From Octopus sinensis (Eukaryota): 64,000 nucleotides of DNA. Positions within the stretch are counted from its first letter, which is position 1, and the number at the start of each line of letters is the position of its first letter. A model generated the notes under the pieces. That model was not told where the DNA came from. It saw only the letters and a program-made list of their open reading frames with translations, and made no database searches. The position numbers were made by a program, and so were the translations under genes. The stretch lies in NCBI RefSeq assembly GCF_006345805.1, contig NC_042997.1, positions 180,978,001 through 181,042,000 on the forward strand, written 5' to 3'. Below, piece by piece: positions 12,761 through 27,230 of the stretch.

Positions 12761-14123
12761 TGTTTTATTTTGTTTTTTGTTGTTTGTGCTTTTTCTTTTC
12801 CTTATTTAAATTTTATTTTGGTGTTTTAATGTTTTCCTACAGTAAGCGTGCTTTTACAGAACTCATTTTCATTATAAATCGTTTTATGAACAATTTCTTC
12901 TTTGCTGCATTTTTTTCTACCTTATAACAACATTCGTCTTACTCATCAAATTATTGATATATTTCTATTAACTATTCATTGTTTACGTTGTTACATTATC
13001 TTGTTCATATGAATTCACAGGCTTTACATTATAATGTAATTGAATTCATTAATGGCTTGTCAAAACTGCGACAATACCAATTTTGAAAAAGTTGTCTAAC
13101 ACTAGCAACATTTAATTTATGTTTAAGGCTATGTATTGTGTAATATGTAGAGCACAGATGAGCTAAAGCTACGATGTAGTTTCAGTTCTCATTGAATCAT
13201 TTACATGTTTTTTTATTTTTTATTTCACAAACTTTCTGATCTTGTGTCGAGATAAGAAGTCAGTTCAAAGTTTAAATATTGCAATGGTTAGCAGAATACG
13301 GTACTGAGGTTGGTGACGGATCAATAGCGTTATGCTAGTCATCTGGTAACGTTTGACTATAAGTTAACTAAGTAACAAATAAGAGACAATTTCAAAGTAT
13401 TGAATTCTAAAATATATTGAAATTTACGATACACTTTCGGGCTTAATCCTGACGAGAAATAAAATGGTTTACATATTTTCTTACAAAGCCACAAATTCCA
13501 TGTCTGTAAAAGAAGTAAACTCGCAGTAGTTACAGACGACGACAAAACACCATCACATGGAAGAATAATACCATAATTTGACAGGTTAATTGCTAAATTT
13601 ATTCATTGAGCTTTCTGGAAACAAATTTTCAGGCTGCTTTCAACATTTTGGGGACCCGAGGAAGTTATTCATACACCCTATGAATAATCGTATAATGACC
13701 GAATCATTGGAAACGATAAAATTATGGATATTAAATTATTTTGCTTAAATACTATTTCTATTTAAATTCAGCCTAATCACCGTTGATACTGCATTTCATT
13801 CTTCAGAGTCGCAAATACACCGACTAATTATATCGCTGATGATACAATTAATGCAATTAATTTGACGCCTTTCCACCAAAAATTCTTCACTAAATCATAA
13901 ATGTCAAAATATGTATTCTGAAATTTCTCATTTTGCAACTCTAAAACTTTGTCAGAAAAATATCCGTTTGATACACAGTAAGCGTCAAATACCAAAGAAA
14001 AAGCCCCTGCATCCATGTATTTAAATCTATCACTTCACTGATGTTTATGAAACATCTGTGAAGTGATAGAGTTAAAATTATAATGAAGTAGAAGTTACAT
14101 TCTAAGATAGAAGCATTAAATTA

Positions 14124-15368
14124 TTAGGTTGTTCTGAAAATAATAGCCGCTCTAAGTGTTATTCTTGAAACGCAATTTTATCATAGTATTTTAATTATAT
14201 TTTAGGTGAATTTCGACATACTTAATAATTGATGTATGCTCTTTAATAATTTTCTACTTATTTCAGCCAGAAAACATTCTGGAAGCATAGGCGCCCTTAA
14301 TTATGAACATGACAGAAAAGAAAATTCACTTACTTTATTTGCATGAGTTCAAACGTGGGCACGACGCCTCCCAAACTGCTGCCAATATCAACAGAGCATG
14401 GGGAGAAGTGTCCACAAGTTGTCACACAGTACGAATGTGGTTTCAGAAATTCCGTAGTGGTGATGAGAGCCTTGAAGATGAAGAATGTAGAGGATGGCCA
14501 TGAGTCTTGACAATGAACTATCGAAAGCAATTGTTGAACAAACCCACACCAAAGTGTTAGAGAAATGTCTTAGGCACTGGGGTTTGTTATTGCAACGGTC
14601 TCACATAATCTGCAGAGGATTAGTAAAATGAAAATGCTCGATAAATGGAGACCGCATGTGTTCAATGAAAATGAAAAAAAGTTCGGCGTTTTAAAGTGTG
14701 TTCTATGCTCTTTCTGCGAAACACCAATGATCCTTTTGACGGAAAGTGGATCATTTGTGATAACGGTAAACGATCAGATCAATGGCTTGATCGTGATGAG
14801 TCCTTCAAACATTCCCCAAAGGCAAAGTTGCATCAGTAAAAGATTATGGTGATTGTCTGGTGGTTTGCAATTTGTGTTGTCCATTACAGCTTTCTGGAAG
14901 CCAACCAGAGCATTACAACAGAGGTTTACTGCAATCAACTCGCTGAAACGTATGCTAACTTGCAAGAAGTGAGACCTGCATTGGTGAATCCGCGTGTCCC
15001 AATTCTGCTTCACGGTAATGCAAAGTCACATGTTGCAAGAATGACGCTGCAGAAACTCACAGACTTGGAGTACATGATTTTACCACATCTTCCATATTCT
15101 CCTTATCTTTCACCCACTGACTACGATTTTTTAAAGCATTTAAACATGTTTTTAAGTGATAAAACCTTCAGGTCCAAACAAGAGATGGAATCAGCTTTCA
15201 AAGCCAATAAATGTTTATTAACGAGGCATAAAGAATCTCGTTGATCGAAGGCAGAAATGCAGAGATGTTCACAGCTCATACTTTGACTAATCAAAACATT
15301 TCTATTGTTAATTTTTGCAGAATAAAATTATGTTTCTGAAATCGGCCATTATTTTTGGAACAACTTAA
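14124..15368 (+). mobile_element. mariner (DD34D) DNA transposon, defective
   Basis: TIRs ttaggttgttctgaaaataatagccg / cggccattatttttggaacaacttaa with flanking TA; HTH WFQKFRSGDESLED; LLHGNAKSH, HLPYSPYLSPTDY. Confidence 0.92.
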
Positions 15369-16312
15369 TAGTTATTGGATTATAATACAAACGGTTTTGT
15401 GTGGAATAAGTAAGACTGAAGTTCATCCATAGACTTTAATTATCAAATTTAGAAGCAACAGAGTTAGCGTTTTACACGGTATGTTAATTTATTGGTATTG
15501 CACTGGTTTTCATGATGTTAATAAACGGAATTCCTAACCGTCAGTCGTAAATAATCCACAATAAATAAATTGACAATGTAGTTTTTTTTCAAAAGTACTC
15601 CATGTCTGTTCTATTTTTTATATGTAGAATACTTACCTGTCATTTCTGTGATATGTGTGAAATAAATGTATGATTCAAATGCGATGTGACTGTTACATAG
15701 TACAAACAAATCCACATGTGAGTGCCTATTTCCTATAAAGTATGTGCAACTCTCTCCTGAAAGACCATGTGAATAAAAATTAATCTGTATCTCATAGAGG
15801 GAACCTCTATGTGATCGATCCATGTGCCAGATATAGCTGCCAGACCTCCTTCAAATAGAGCATGCCTTATGAGCTGAAAGACGCATTGAATAATGTATTC
15901 GTAACAAGATAGGTCGGAAAAGATTGGTTATATTTGGGATTAAGGAATCACAACATCATTTCAATGGATCCCATACTATTTCGCCTACGCTGCTATAAAT
16001 AACTGCCAGATATCTGTAAATCACACATCTTCTGCATATAATATTACGTTGGAGGAAACCTAGAAAAGCTGCGAATTAAAAAATTCATACAAATTAGATG
16101 ACATTTTGAAGAAGCGGACGGATCTTCACAGAATATGTTGAACGTAGCAGAAATGGAGAATACTGAATATGCTCATGGAAACTGTTTGAAAGATACCTTC
16201 CAGATAGTTATTAGCTGCTCATGCTGCCTGCTGAAAATATGCATTATATATTGAGGGAGGCGGAGAAAGAGGAGGCAGGGGGCAGGGGAGAGGGAGGGAG
16301 AGACAGCCAGAC

Positions 16313-16352
<40 letters not shown>

Positions 16353-16713
16353 ATGGCTATGTGTATATGTGGATATATATATAAGGATCTCACAAGCGGG
16401 TAACCTTTGACATTTTCAGTCGAAGTGGGGTTTAACCCAATATCTACACGCTATTATTTATAGCTTCTCTGCTTTGGGTTTCACCGTTCCAAATAAGAAT
16501 ATAAAAATATTAGGAGAGGGAGAGAGGCTTAGAGAAAGTCGGAGTGATAATTCTGTAGCAAAATATATAGATATATATATACATATAAGCACGAACACAC
16601 GCACATAGACACAAAAACACTGACACATACACAGACACACACATACACACTCACACGCACACATGCATAGATATATATGTATATATATATATATATTATA
16701 TATATATATATAT

Positions 16714-16756
<43 letters not shown>

Positions 16757-16772
16757 ATATTGATAATATATG

Positions 16773-16800
<28 letters not shown>

Positions 16801-16803
<3 letters not shown>

Positions 16804-18278
16804 AGAAAATAGTAAAGTGTGAAAAAACGACAGAAGGCTTAAATGTTAAAAAATATATATATTTGTGTCAAAATGTCTGGAGAATATTGGAAAAATTTTT
16901 TTCCTTTCCTTAAATGACATAATTTAAAAATTTTTAAAGAAATTACCGGTTTCGCGTGTAGCTTTTCAAATTTCTTGTGACGTTATGTTTATATTGTATG
17001 GAATTATCGTTGTTTTTTATTTCAGGAGATTTCTAAATAAGGGGAGGTAGTGAGTGATTTTTTCCGGTGTAGGGGAGATAATCGCTTAAAAAATTTTTTT
17101 TCCCATTTCCTTGTTAATATCTCTGTGTCAGTATGTTCGGATGGTTGAGTCTGGGTTTGTACTTTTCAATGAAGAATGTTTCCTTGTTCAGTCTCATTTG
17201 TGTTGATGATCCGAAAGCACATTGGTAAAATGGGAAGATTAAAAATTGTGGCAGTAGTTGCTTTGCGCATTTCTCGATGTGCTCACTAAAAGGTATCATT
17301 CTATATTCTGGGAATGCAATCTGTTGTCGATGCAGTGTGCATCTGCGCCTGAGTGATAGTCCCGTGGAACCCACGTAGTCTTGGTGGCAGCCCGAGCATT
17401 TAATAACATAAATTATGTTTTCAGAGGCACAAGTAAAGTTAGATTTGATCTTAAATTTCTGTCCCTCTTTAAAGAAGAATTCTGATCTTCCAATAGGTTA
17501 GGACATGTTGCACAGTTCGATCTACACATTTTTTAACTTTTGCATCCGTAATTTTAGAAGAACAATTTTGCCTTTGTGAGAATCTTTTTAAGTGATTTAG
17601 GCTGTTTGTAGCTTTTAATGATTTGGTGTATGTTTAGAATTTCCTTTAATTTTGGGTTTTTATGAAGTATTGGTAAATTCTGGGTGATGATGGTGAAGGC
17701 TTCTTTGTTTCTGGGGTTGTATGTAGATATGTAAGGTAGTATTTTCGGGGAAGGTGTGTTGTTGTGTTGAACTTTTCTTAAAGTTTCTATGTTGATTTCT
17801 GTTGCACGTCTGATCCCATCCTCTATGAGTTGAGCTGGGTAATGTCTGTCAATTAGGGTGTTTTTGAGTTCTTGCAGTCTAAAGTTCCTGGTATTTGTTC
17901 TGACACTATTGTGCATATCCTTCTTGCAAGGTTGAAGGGGATGTTTGTTTTAGTGTGTCTTGGGTGGCATGAATTAAAAAGAAGGTATTGTTTGGCGTCT
18001 GTGGCTTTGTAAAAAAATGTCTGTTTCTATTTTAAGGTTATTTTTTTAATTAGTATATCCAAGAACGGGAGCTCCTTTTGGTTGTATTCCATTGTGAACT
18101 GTATATTTGGGTTTATGCTGTTCAATAGGTTTTTAAATTTTAGGAGTTTATCTATGTTTTCATTCCAGAGAATGAAACAATCGTCTAGGAATCGTTTCCA
18201 ATTCTCTTTTATGTATTGAGAGAGGGAGTTTCCAAAGATTGATAGAGATTCCTGGTAAATGATTATTTCCATGTATCC
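16801..18278 (-). mobile_element. inverted partial copy of the Penelope-like element (RT C-terminus, GIY-YIG, 3' end)
   Basis: reverse complement of 20142-21611; identical ORF translations in the track. Confidence 0.93.
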
Positions 18279-21200
18279 ACGAGGAGATGCACAATCAAAT
18301 ACTAAAATATACCGAGGGACAACCCCTCGATATACATTGGATCACTGAAGGATTCCTGTGAGAGAGAAGAGAGAAATTCTCCCTACGCTGGGAGAAAAAC
18401 ATGGACTTCTTCCAAAAATATAGTGAAACCTTCAAAAATGAATTGGGTACAAATAATCCCTTCTTAAGAAAATTACAATAAATAAAAAAGAAAAACCTAA
18501 CAACCCACGAACAACCCCCAACTATCCTCCATACACTAAAAACAGAAATCACCCACACCAACCTCTACAAACCACGCTAGACCTAACAGGGAACTAGCTG
18601 AAAGAGGACGCGTCTATGAAAGAAATTACACCAAAAACAGAACAAACCAACAACATCATAATACCAGACCCAACCACCATACAGCACAATACGACACTAG
18701 GATAAGAAATACACCACACACAAATCACTACTACCCCATGAACCAAAACTACTGGTCCCCACTAAACACAAGACAAACGCAAAGAAACACTATGTCAAGC
18801 AACATCCCACATACAAGAAGTTCGAAACAAAAATATTCCCCATACAGAAATTTTACACACACCACAAGCATTAACAACCATAGATTTCACACACACACAA
18901 CGATCGGAGGCAACAATACCACCACTCCCCCGACCAAATACCACACAACCTCACAGACAACTCATACAAACAAAATTACACCAACATTTTTTAGCCAGGG
19001 ACCAGAGACACCAGGACACAGGCTGGAACCTAGTAATAAGGAAAAACCGAAGATAATCAATCTTCAACCAAACCTCTTCTAACATAAAAATTGACATCCT
19101 CGCAAAAGGGCTCAAATTTACACCAACTCCACGCAGAGCAAACCTAAATGAACTCAAGGATAATATAACAGAATTTTGCAGAAAATTAAGACTAGCAGAA
19201 GCATCAAACAGTTTCAATACTGAAGATGAATCACTTGTCAAGAACAAAAGTGAACACATCCCACACAGAGGAAGAAATAAAGATCTTGACGAATTCTGTA
19301 ACCACATTGAGAACTTCCCCTACCATACTATACATAACAGAAAGCTAACCAAATTTTAACAATACACAATGAAAGAATGATAGAACTCCAAAATGATGAA
19401 GATATAACCATTAAGGAAGCGGACAAGGAAATGCAGTTGTAATAATGGATACATCATACTACAGAAATCTTGTAATTTCCTTGCTTGATGAAGACCTACA
19501 TTATGAAAAAATTACCAACTACACCCCACAAAAAATAATGAAAACTCTATCTTCACTAATTAAAACCCATGAAAAGGAACTGACAACCAAAGAGATTGAT
19601 TTCCTAACAAACTTTAAATGCAAACCTAGCCTTTTCTATGGTCTGCCAAAAATCATAAAAGTCAAATTATAAATGAAACCATTAAAAAATCACCAAAGAC
19701 ATACATACACACACCTAATCCGGGGGACCTAAAACTACGACCCATTGTAGCTGGCCCAACCGTGAAACACACAGACTAAGTCTACTTATGGACATCCTCT
19801 TGAAACCCTTCCTTAAACATATCGATAGCCATATCAGAGATGACTTAGATATGTTAAACCACCTTCCAAAAAAAACCAAGGAAGAAACAATCCTGGTTTC
19901 ATTTGATGTAGTCAACTTGTATACCAGTATACCTCATAATTATGGACTGGAGGCAATACAATTCTGGTTAGACCAATTTCCGGAAGAAATACCAAAAAGG
20001 ATCAGTAAGGAATTCATTACTAAGTCAATTGAATTCATCCTACACAATAACCACTTCATGTTTGACAATACATTTTACCGTCAAAAATCCGGAATTGCTA
20101 TGGGTACAAGGGCAGCACCAGTCATTGCGAACTTAACAATGGGATACATGGAAATAATCATTTACCAGGAATCTCTATCAATCTTTGGAAACTCCCTCTC
20201 TCAATACATAAAAGAGAATTGGAAACGATTCCTAGACGATTGTTTCATTCTCTGGAATGAAAACATAGATAAACTCCTAAAATTTAAAAACCTATTGAAC
20301 AGCATAAACCCAAATATACAGTTCACAATGGAATACAACCAAAAGGAGCTCCCGTTCTTGGATATACTAATTAAAAAAATTAACCTTAAAATAGAAACAG
20401 ACATTTTTTACAAAGCCACAGACGCCAAACAATACCTCTTTTTAATTCATGCCACCCAAGACACACTAAAACAAACATCCCCTTCAACCTTGCAAGAAGG
20501 ATATGCACAATAGTGTCAGAACAAAATACCAGGAACTTTAGACTGCAAGAACTCAAAAACACCCTAATTGACAGACATTACCCAGCTCAACTCATAGAGG
20601 ATGGGATCAGACGTGCAACAGAAATCAACATAGAAACTTTAAGAAAAGTTCAACACAACAACACACCTTCCCCGAAAATACTACCTTACATATCTACATA
20701 CAACCCCAGAAACAAAGAAGCCTTCACCATCATCACCCAGAATTTACCAATACTTCATAAAAACCCAAAATAAAGGAAATTCTAAACATACACCAAATCA
20801 TTAAAAGCTACAAACAGCCTAAATCACTTAAAAAGATTCTCACAAGGCAAAATTGTCTTCTAAAATTACGGATGCAAAAGTTAAAAAATGTGGTAGATCG
20901 AACTGTGCAACATGTCCTAACCTATTGGAAGGATCAGAATTCTTCTTTAAAGAGGGACAGAAATTTAAGATCAAATCTAACTTTACTTGTGCCTCTGAAA
21001 ACATAATTTAAATGCTCGGGCTGCCACCAAGACTACGTGGGTTCCACGGGACTATCACTCAGGCGCAGATGCACACTGCATCGACAACAGATTGCATTCC
21101 CAGAATATAGAATGATACCTTTTAGTGAGCACATCGAGAAATGCGCAAAGCAACTACTGCCACAATTTTTAATCTTCCCATTTTACCAATGTGCTTTCGG

Positions 21201-21649
21201 ATCATCAACACAAATGAGACTGAACAAGGAAACATTCTTCATTGAAAAGTACAAACCCAGACTCAACCATCCGAACATACTGACACAGAGATATTAACAA
21301 GGAAATGGGAAAAAAAAATTTTTTAAGCGATTATCTCCCCTACACCGGAAAAAATCACTCACTACCTCCCCTTATTTAGAAATCTCCTGGAAATAAAAAC
21401 AACGATAATTCCATACAATATAAACATAACGTCACAAGAAATTTGAAAAGCTACACGCGAAACCGGTAATTTCTTTAAAAATTTTAAAATTATGTCATTT
21501 TAAGGAAAGGAAAAAAATTTTTCCAATATTCTCCAGACATTTTGACACAAATATATATATTTTTTAACATTTAAGCCTTCTGTCGTTTTTTCACACTTTA
21601 CTATTTTCTTATATATTCACCACGTGCTTACCAAACAAACTTTCTTATC

Positions 21650-21650
<1 letters not shown>
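18279..21650 (+). mobile_element. Penelope-like retroelement: RT plus GIY-YIG endonuclease, frameshifted
   Basis: LAKGLKFTPTP, KEADK, FYGLPK, SFDVVNLYTSIP, GIAMGT, RFLDDCF, LPFLDILI, C-terminal FTCASENII..CSGC..YVGSTG..RRRCTLH; inserted in (TA)n. Confidence 0.93.
21436..21475 (+). ncRNA. minimal type I hammerhead ribozyme variant in the PLE 3' end (mirror copy 16937-16976 minus)
   Basis: stem I aagaaat/atttctt, core TTGAAAA, stem II gc-tacac-gc, GAAAC-CG-GTA with palindrome ACCGGT. Confidence 0.6.
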
Positions 21651-21721
<71 letters not shown>

Positions 21722-22856
21722 ATATTCATACATGTCTTCCCTTGCAGCGTCCTTTTATGTATAGCGCTTCCCGAATCAGGTTCTTTATTTGTGCATGCAT
21801 GTGATAACTGAATGTCTGTTTACGTGCCTCCATCTACAATTAGCGTACAAAAATATATTTTATATGAAAACGCACTAGAATATTTGTTTCTCTTCTTTCT
21901 TCTCATTTCTTTCTCTATCTCACCCTGCGTTTTTCTCTTTTTGTTGTCGTGTTTAAAATTCCTAAAAGGGTTATTGACGCTTCATTAGGAAGCAGTTGCA
22001 AAGAGTGCACAATGGATGTTAAATAATAGCAAACTTCTTCGAATAATATCTCCACAACTTTTCTGTCAATACCGGTTACCAAACTGAAGAGATTCACTAC
22101 ATACAGCTGGCATTTTTCTCTTTTCAGTAAAATACAAAAGTTTTCTGCATACATCTAGCACAAGCATAATTTAATTACATAACTCGTTTCAATTAAATTA
22201 GAATACTCTATTTAGACAATTATTGTAGAAAATATTTTCTATAAAACTCAGATATGTCTCATACAATAATTTTCTTTTTACTCATATCTTTTCAAGCAGC
22301 ATTATTTACAAATGGTTATGTTATTTATTAATTGCTCTATTTTAACACATCTCTGTTCATATATAACTGTTGGGGGTTGAGTGTTCTAACACATTTTATG
22401 ATTAAATTGTTCTAGCATGTGTTTAAACTAGAGCTTCTATTCTTTTATTTTCTCCTTTAAATGAATACCACATACAATTTCAAAATTATCTTTCGTGGTC
22501 TTTCACAACTCCTTGTCAAATTCATTACGTATCCAAGGATTTTATACATCATCCCTTGAAAAATCTGAAAAATTGAAGTACACCTATATACCGTATATGT
22601 TTAGAGAAATTACATTTCAACAATGAATTTCATGAACTTCATCTCTTCTTTAGTAATTGAAACTTTATCAGCCTATTTTATATGATTGCTATTATTTGAA
22701 GGTTTTTGTACACTCTGTGACACAGTATGCAAATGAATTATCATTTAAATGGAGAAGTAATATATAATTCACTTGCAATTCTAGTGCAGGCATGAATGTG
22801 AGATCAAATAATTCATTTTCCAGCATATGTTTAGAGTGTTATCGCACTGTGCATAT

Positions 22857-23152
22857 GGAGGTGCAATGGCCCAGTGGTTAGGGCAGTGGGCTCGCGGTCG
22901 GAGGATCGCGGTTTCGATTCCCAGACATGGCGTTGTGTGTGTTTATTGAGCGAAAACACCAGGAGGATCCGGCAGAGTGTGGTGGCGATCCCTGTTGTAC
23001 TCTTTCGCCACAACTTCTTTCTCTTCCTATTTCTTGAGTAACGCTGCGATGGATTGGCGTCCCGTCCAGCTGGGGGGAACACATACTCCACAGAAACCGG
23101 GAAACCGGGCCCATGAGCCTGGCTAGGCTTGAAAAGGGCGACGTTTATCGTT
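22857..23152 (+). mobile_element. tRNA-derived SINE
   Basis: A box tggcccagtgg, B box ggtttcgattcc; head and body shared with 44562-44941. Confidence 0.85.
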
Positions 23153-24340
23153 TTTTTTATCGTTATCGCACTGTGCAGCAATCTGGACAAGGGACTTTTG
23201 CATAAACTTAAGCAGAACAATAACTTGTGACTATACTTTTTGAGAGAGAGAATGTATGCCAGTAACGCTTATCTTTTAGCAATGCATATCAATTAAATAT
23301 GTAAACAACGAGAAAACTGAACAATTCCCAAGGTATATTTTTCTACATCGAGTTAAATGTACTAAAAATATTCGTCTGTCTTTCGCCAGGATATTAATGT
23401 ATATATGAGTGTATATTTACGTGAACTTTTGTGCGTATATATACATATATGTACGTGAGTGTGTGTGAAAGAGGGTGAGAGAAAAACAGACGTGTTTGTA
23501 TGTTTGTGCATGTTTGTGTATTAGCATAATGGCGTGTGTGTCTTTAAGCTATGATCACTACTTTTCTTCGGAATAATCATGGATTTCAGTTGACAGATCA
23601 AATTCCACAACAATATTGTTGACGGCTATCTTTACTCCAATCAATATATGATAATTGTAGAAGTGTGTATCCGATACTTTAACGAATCTTATATGAGCAT
23701 TCTAGTGACACGTGCAGAATTTCCTTTTGAAGTATTTGATGCTTGTGTCGGAAGATTGGTGCCATTTCTTATTCTCATTGGCATAAATATGTAGCTTTTC
23801 TGAATATTGCATTCGTATTGGGTACATTATTTGAAAGGAAAACATGATTTAGCTATTCTCAATTGAATATATATTAAGTTTACCTCCTTATACAGCTCTT
23901 ATTTTATTCTATCTTCCTTGTAATCATATTTTTATTGAAAGCGTTTTCACTTTCCACAATATGTATATGAGAATATAGAGACTGCGTTTTCTCGTTTCTT
24001 AATAACTAAACCTATTTTAGCGTGATATAAATTTCGAATTTTCATGCATCTGATAGAAACTGAGCTCTCAAGTGGTTTGATTGAATTTTTCCTAACTGAA
24101 CTAAAATGTCATATTCGTTCCGAATGAGCCTTTCATTTTCTATATCATAGGGATAGTTATCACACAAGCTTACTAATTTTCTATTCGGAGGAGTAAAAAC
24201 TCTAGCAGCTGTATTTTACCTGAATTTTATAAATATCAAAGAGAGAAGCGAACTGATTGATATTTTGGGATTTAGTTTGGCATATAAGCCCAAAAAGATT
24301 ACCATAAGTACATGATTTCATTCGTGATATAAGTGTATAC

Positions 24341-24375
<35 letters not shown>

Positions 24376-24406
24376 CAGAGAGACAGAGACAGACAGACAG
24401 ACAGAC

Positions 24407-24434
<28 letters not shown>

Positions 24435-24437
<3 letters not shown>

Positions 24438-25612
24438 GTTACCCAAAATGTCCGTTCGTATCTTTTAAGCAAAAATAAAGACAAATTTTAAATACAAGAC
24501 GATTTATTATCTCAATGATATAATTATAATTCCGTTACTCTAACTACTACGATCTTCTGAACAGAATTCTTATTGCTTACTCAAAGAATGTTTTGCCTTC
24601 ATTAACGAAAAAAATCTTCTAGATGAATTTTTACATCATTAATTAATTTTTAAGAGACCGAACCTGGGAATATAGAGGAGGCTGTAAAACATCTCTGTCA
24701 GACTCCAGTAAGTTCTTTCGCATCTGGAAAGCGTGCGGTCTGGCACTCTCATGCTGAAAGGCCATACCTTTACGATAAGCAATTATTGGACGCTTCTGGA
24801 GGATCACGGCATTTAATATGTCCATTTCGTAACAGTACGCATCCAAGCCTGTAAAAAACGATACCCGTCCAATCCCACCAAATTGAAAGCATAACATTCT
24901 CAAAGTTCTGTTTAGGGCGTTTTTTTGTGGTGTTTTGGGATACTTCACCACCCGTGATTCCTTGCATTTCAAATTGATATAGCCGATCCATGTTTCTTCC
25001 CCTGTCAGCATTCTCTTCAAAAAACGGTCTTTTTCTTCACGTTTCTGCAACGAATCGTAGATGAACAACCACTGGGAGAGGTTAGATTTTTACAATTTAT
25101 ATGGCACCCAAACACTGAATCTGTTGATCTAAGTTGATGCAAATGATTTTTGAGCTCTTGATTTAGACATATGGAAAATCTCTGCAATTATCATAGTCGT
25201 ACAATGAGGTTTTGTGTTGACATTCATTTTATCGCTGTTAATCTCAGTTGACCGACCGGAGCACGGTGCATCTTGAACCGAAAATGTCCCGATCGAAATC
25301 TTGAAATGCACTTCTGGCAAACACGTTCCGCATCAGAATCCTCTCCGTGCATATCTTCCTAAAGGTTTACACCGCTTTCTTGCTTTTCAAGATAAAAATA
25401 ATCACAGGGTATCCATAATGAACATTTCGGTGGTCCATTTTCAAGGTTATCACAAGCTCACAATATACAACCTATCGCGAAGCGTGTTGCGTCGAACTAT
25501 GTTGAAGTGTTGTGTATCTAATGAGCGCACATGTACAAGAGACTGGCTGAACTTAACTAGTGATTAGCCTGAAATTTAATACTGACAAAAACTGGACTTT
25601 TGGCCAACACGA
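24435..25612 (-). mobile_element. mariner DNA transposon, decayed
   Basis: RFLKRMLTGEETWI, FQHESARPH, QPPLYS, SVQDAPCSGR; degenerate TIRs gagttacccaaaatgtccg / ctggacttttggccaacacga. Confidence 0.85.
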
Positions 25613-25669
25613 TAGTGTATGTGTGCTTATATTAAAACAAACCCGATGTTATCCGAAGAAAAGAGACTC

Positions 25670-27220
25670 AACGTTTCAAGCTGACGTGATGGAAAAATCA
25701 CAGAGGGGTCTCCATAAGAAAATAAATAACCGACGGAAGTACATGTTTATAATATTAGTTTTACACTGCAATAAAGGAAAAGAAAATGTAGATGATTCTA
25801 AGTTTCAGACAGGTTCTCTTCTTCAAGGATAAAAAGAAAGGGTAGGAAATGGTAGAGAACAGAAGAAAGGGAAAGAAAATTGCTCTGATGAATGGAATGC
25901 ACGCTTAGTTCGTTGAGTGACAGGTTGCAGAGTAGAAGAGTGAGATGTAGGGAGTGAAATGAGAATTAAAAGTCATAAGAGTGATGTAAAGTTAGATAAT
26001 GAGTGAACGAACAGACAGTGCATATGCAATACTGTGTAAGTACATGTTATGATGTTATGTGTGTATATATGTGTGTGATTGTGTATGTGAGTATGAGGTG
26101 TGCGTATGTGCGTGTGTGAGCCTGTGTGTGCACTTGCTTTGTCCGAGTTCATGTATGTTTCTATGTGTATAAAGGTGTGTGTTCTGTGTGAGTGTCTGAT
26201 TATGATTGCGAGACAATGCGCATGTATGATAGGTGTGTGAAACAGCGTTTTGTAGTAAAATGTTTGTGTTGTATAAAAATTTACAGGTGTTACCTACATA
26301 TGTGTTATAACTGAAGTAACGTAAATTGTGTCACATATAACTGAGAAAGGTTACTTGCTTATTCAACCCATAGTCTTCAAGAGTTCTTGTTGAAAAATGA
26401 AATTAATGTTCGGATTGGAAACCGAAGCATAGTATTATAGGATGATAACAGAAAAATGCCTGCTTTTGTTTAGATAAGTGGGTATTTTATACGTTTGGGG
26501 AGTTAGTATAAATAACACTTCATCGCCCGTTACCCACCACTTTCAATCACTATTATTGCTCTACAGTGGGTTATTCCAATATGTTTGTTCCAAAATGAGA
26601 AACAAATCATTTTCTCCTTTAAACACTCAAACCGAAGAGTTTAATAACCGGCGATCGTACGTGAAGAATACATGTCCAAACAAACGCATAAATGGACAGG
26701 CGTGCACACACCCACGCACTCTAACATACACATTATGTTATTAATCATATAACAGCTGTATCCACACACACACACAGCATCACAGTATTTCACTGTACGA
26801 TCCACTCTAGAAACGACATTGTAATGCATGTGGTGCACATATAGCACCTGTACAAAACGTTTCCTACAAATACACACGAATCCAAATAGTATAATGTTAC
26901 TTATATATAAACAGCAACAAGGACACACAAAATTATAAATCTATAAATACAACAAGCACATTTACATACTATCGCATTTATATGCAGACAAATCACAAGC
27001 TTATTACCCCTCTTACTATAGCTCACATGTCTAAAAACACTTTTACCTCTATTTATCAATTCTGACTGCCATTCTTTCACAGAATGCCACGGAACTAAAT
27101 AGCTGCGGATTCGTTCTCTAAAACGATTTTTGTCCTCTTGCTTCTCTTTTGTTCATTCTATCTCCTTTTTTTTGTTTTACGTGAAGAGAGAACATATGCC
27201 AAAGCAAAGAACACTTTCAG
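25670..27220. mobile_element. possible old Penelope-like remnant pair, head-to-head
   Basis: decayed GIY-YIG C-terminal-like peptides on both strands near 26370-26650, GT-rich versus CA-rich mirror flanks, eroded TTGAAGA..GAAAC at ~25800-25828 minus. Confidence 0.3.
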
Positions 27221-27230
27221 CTTTTATTTA

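Noticed and set aside
13424-13752. intron removed from the inverted copy (retrocopy hypothesis)
   Set aside because: the skipped segment starts with GT on minus but does not end in AG, and there is no poly(A) or TSD
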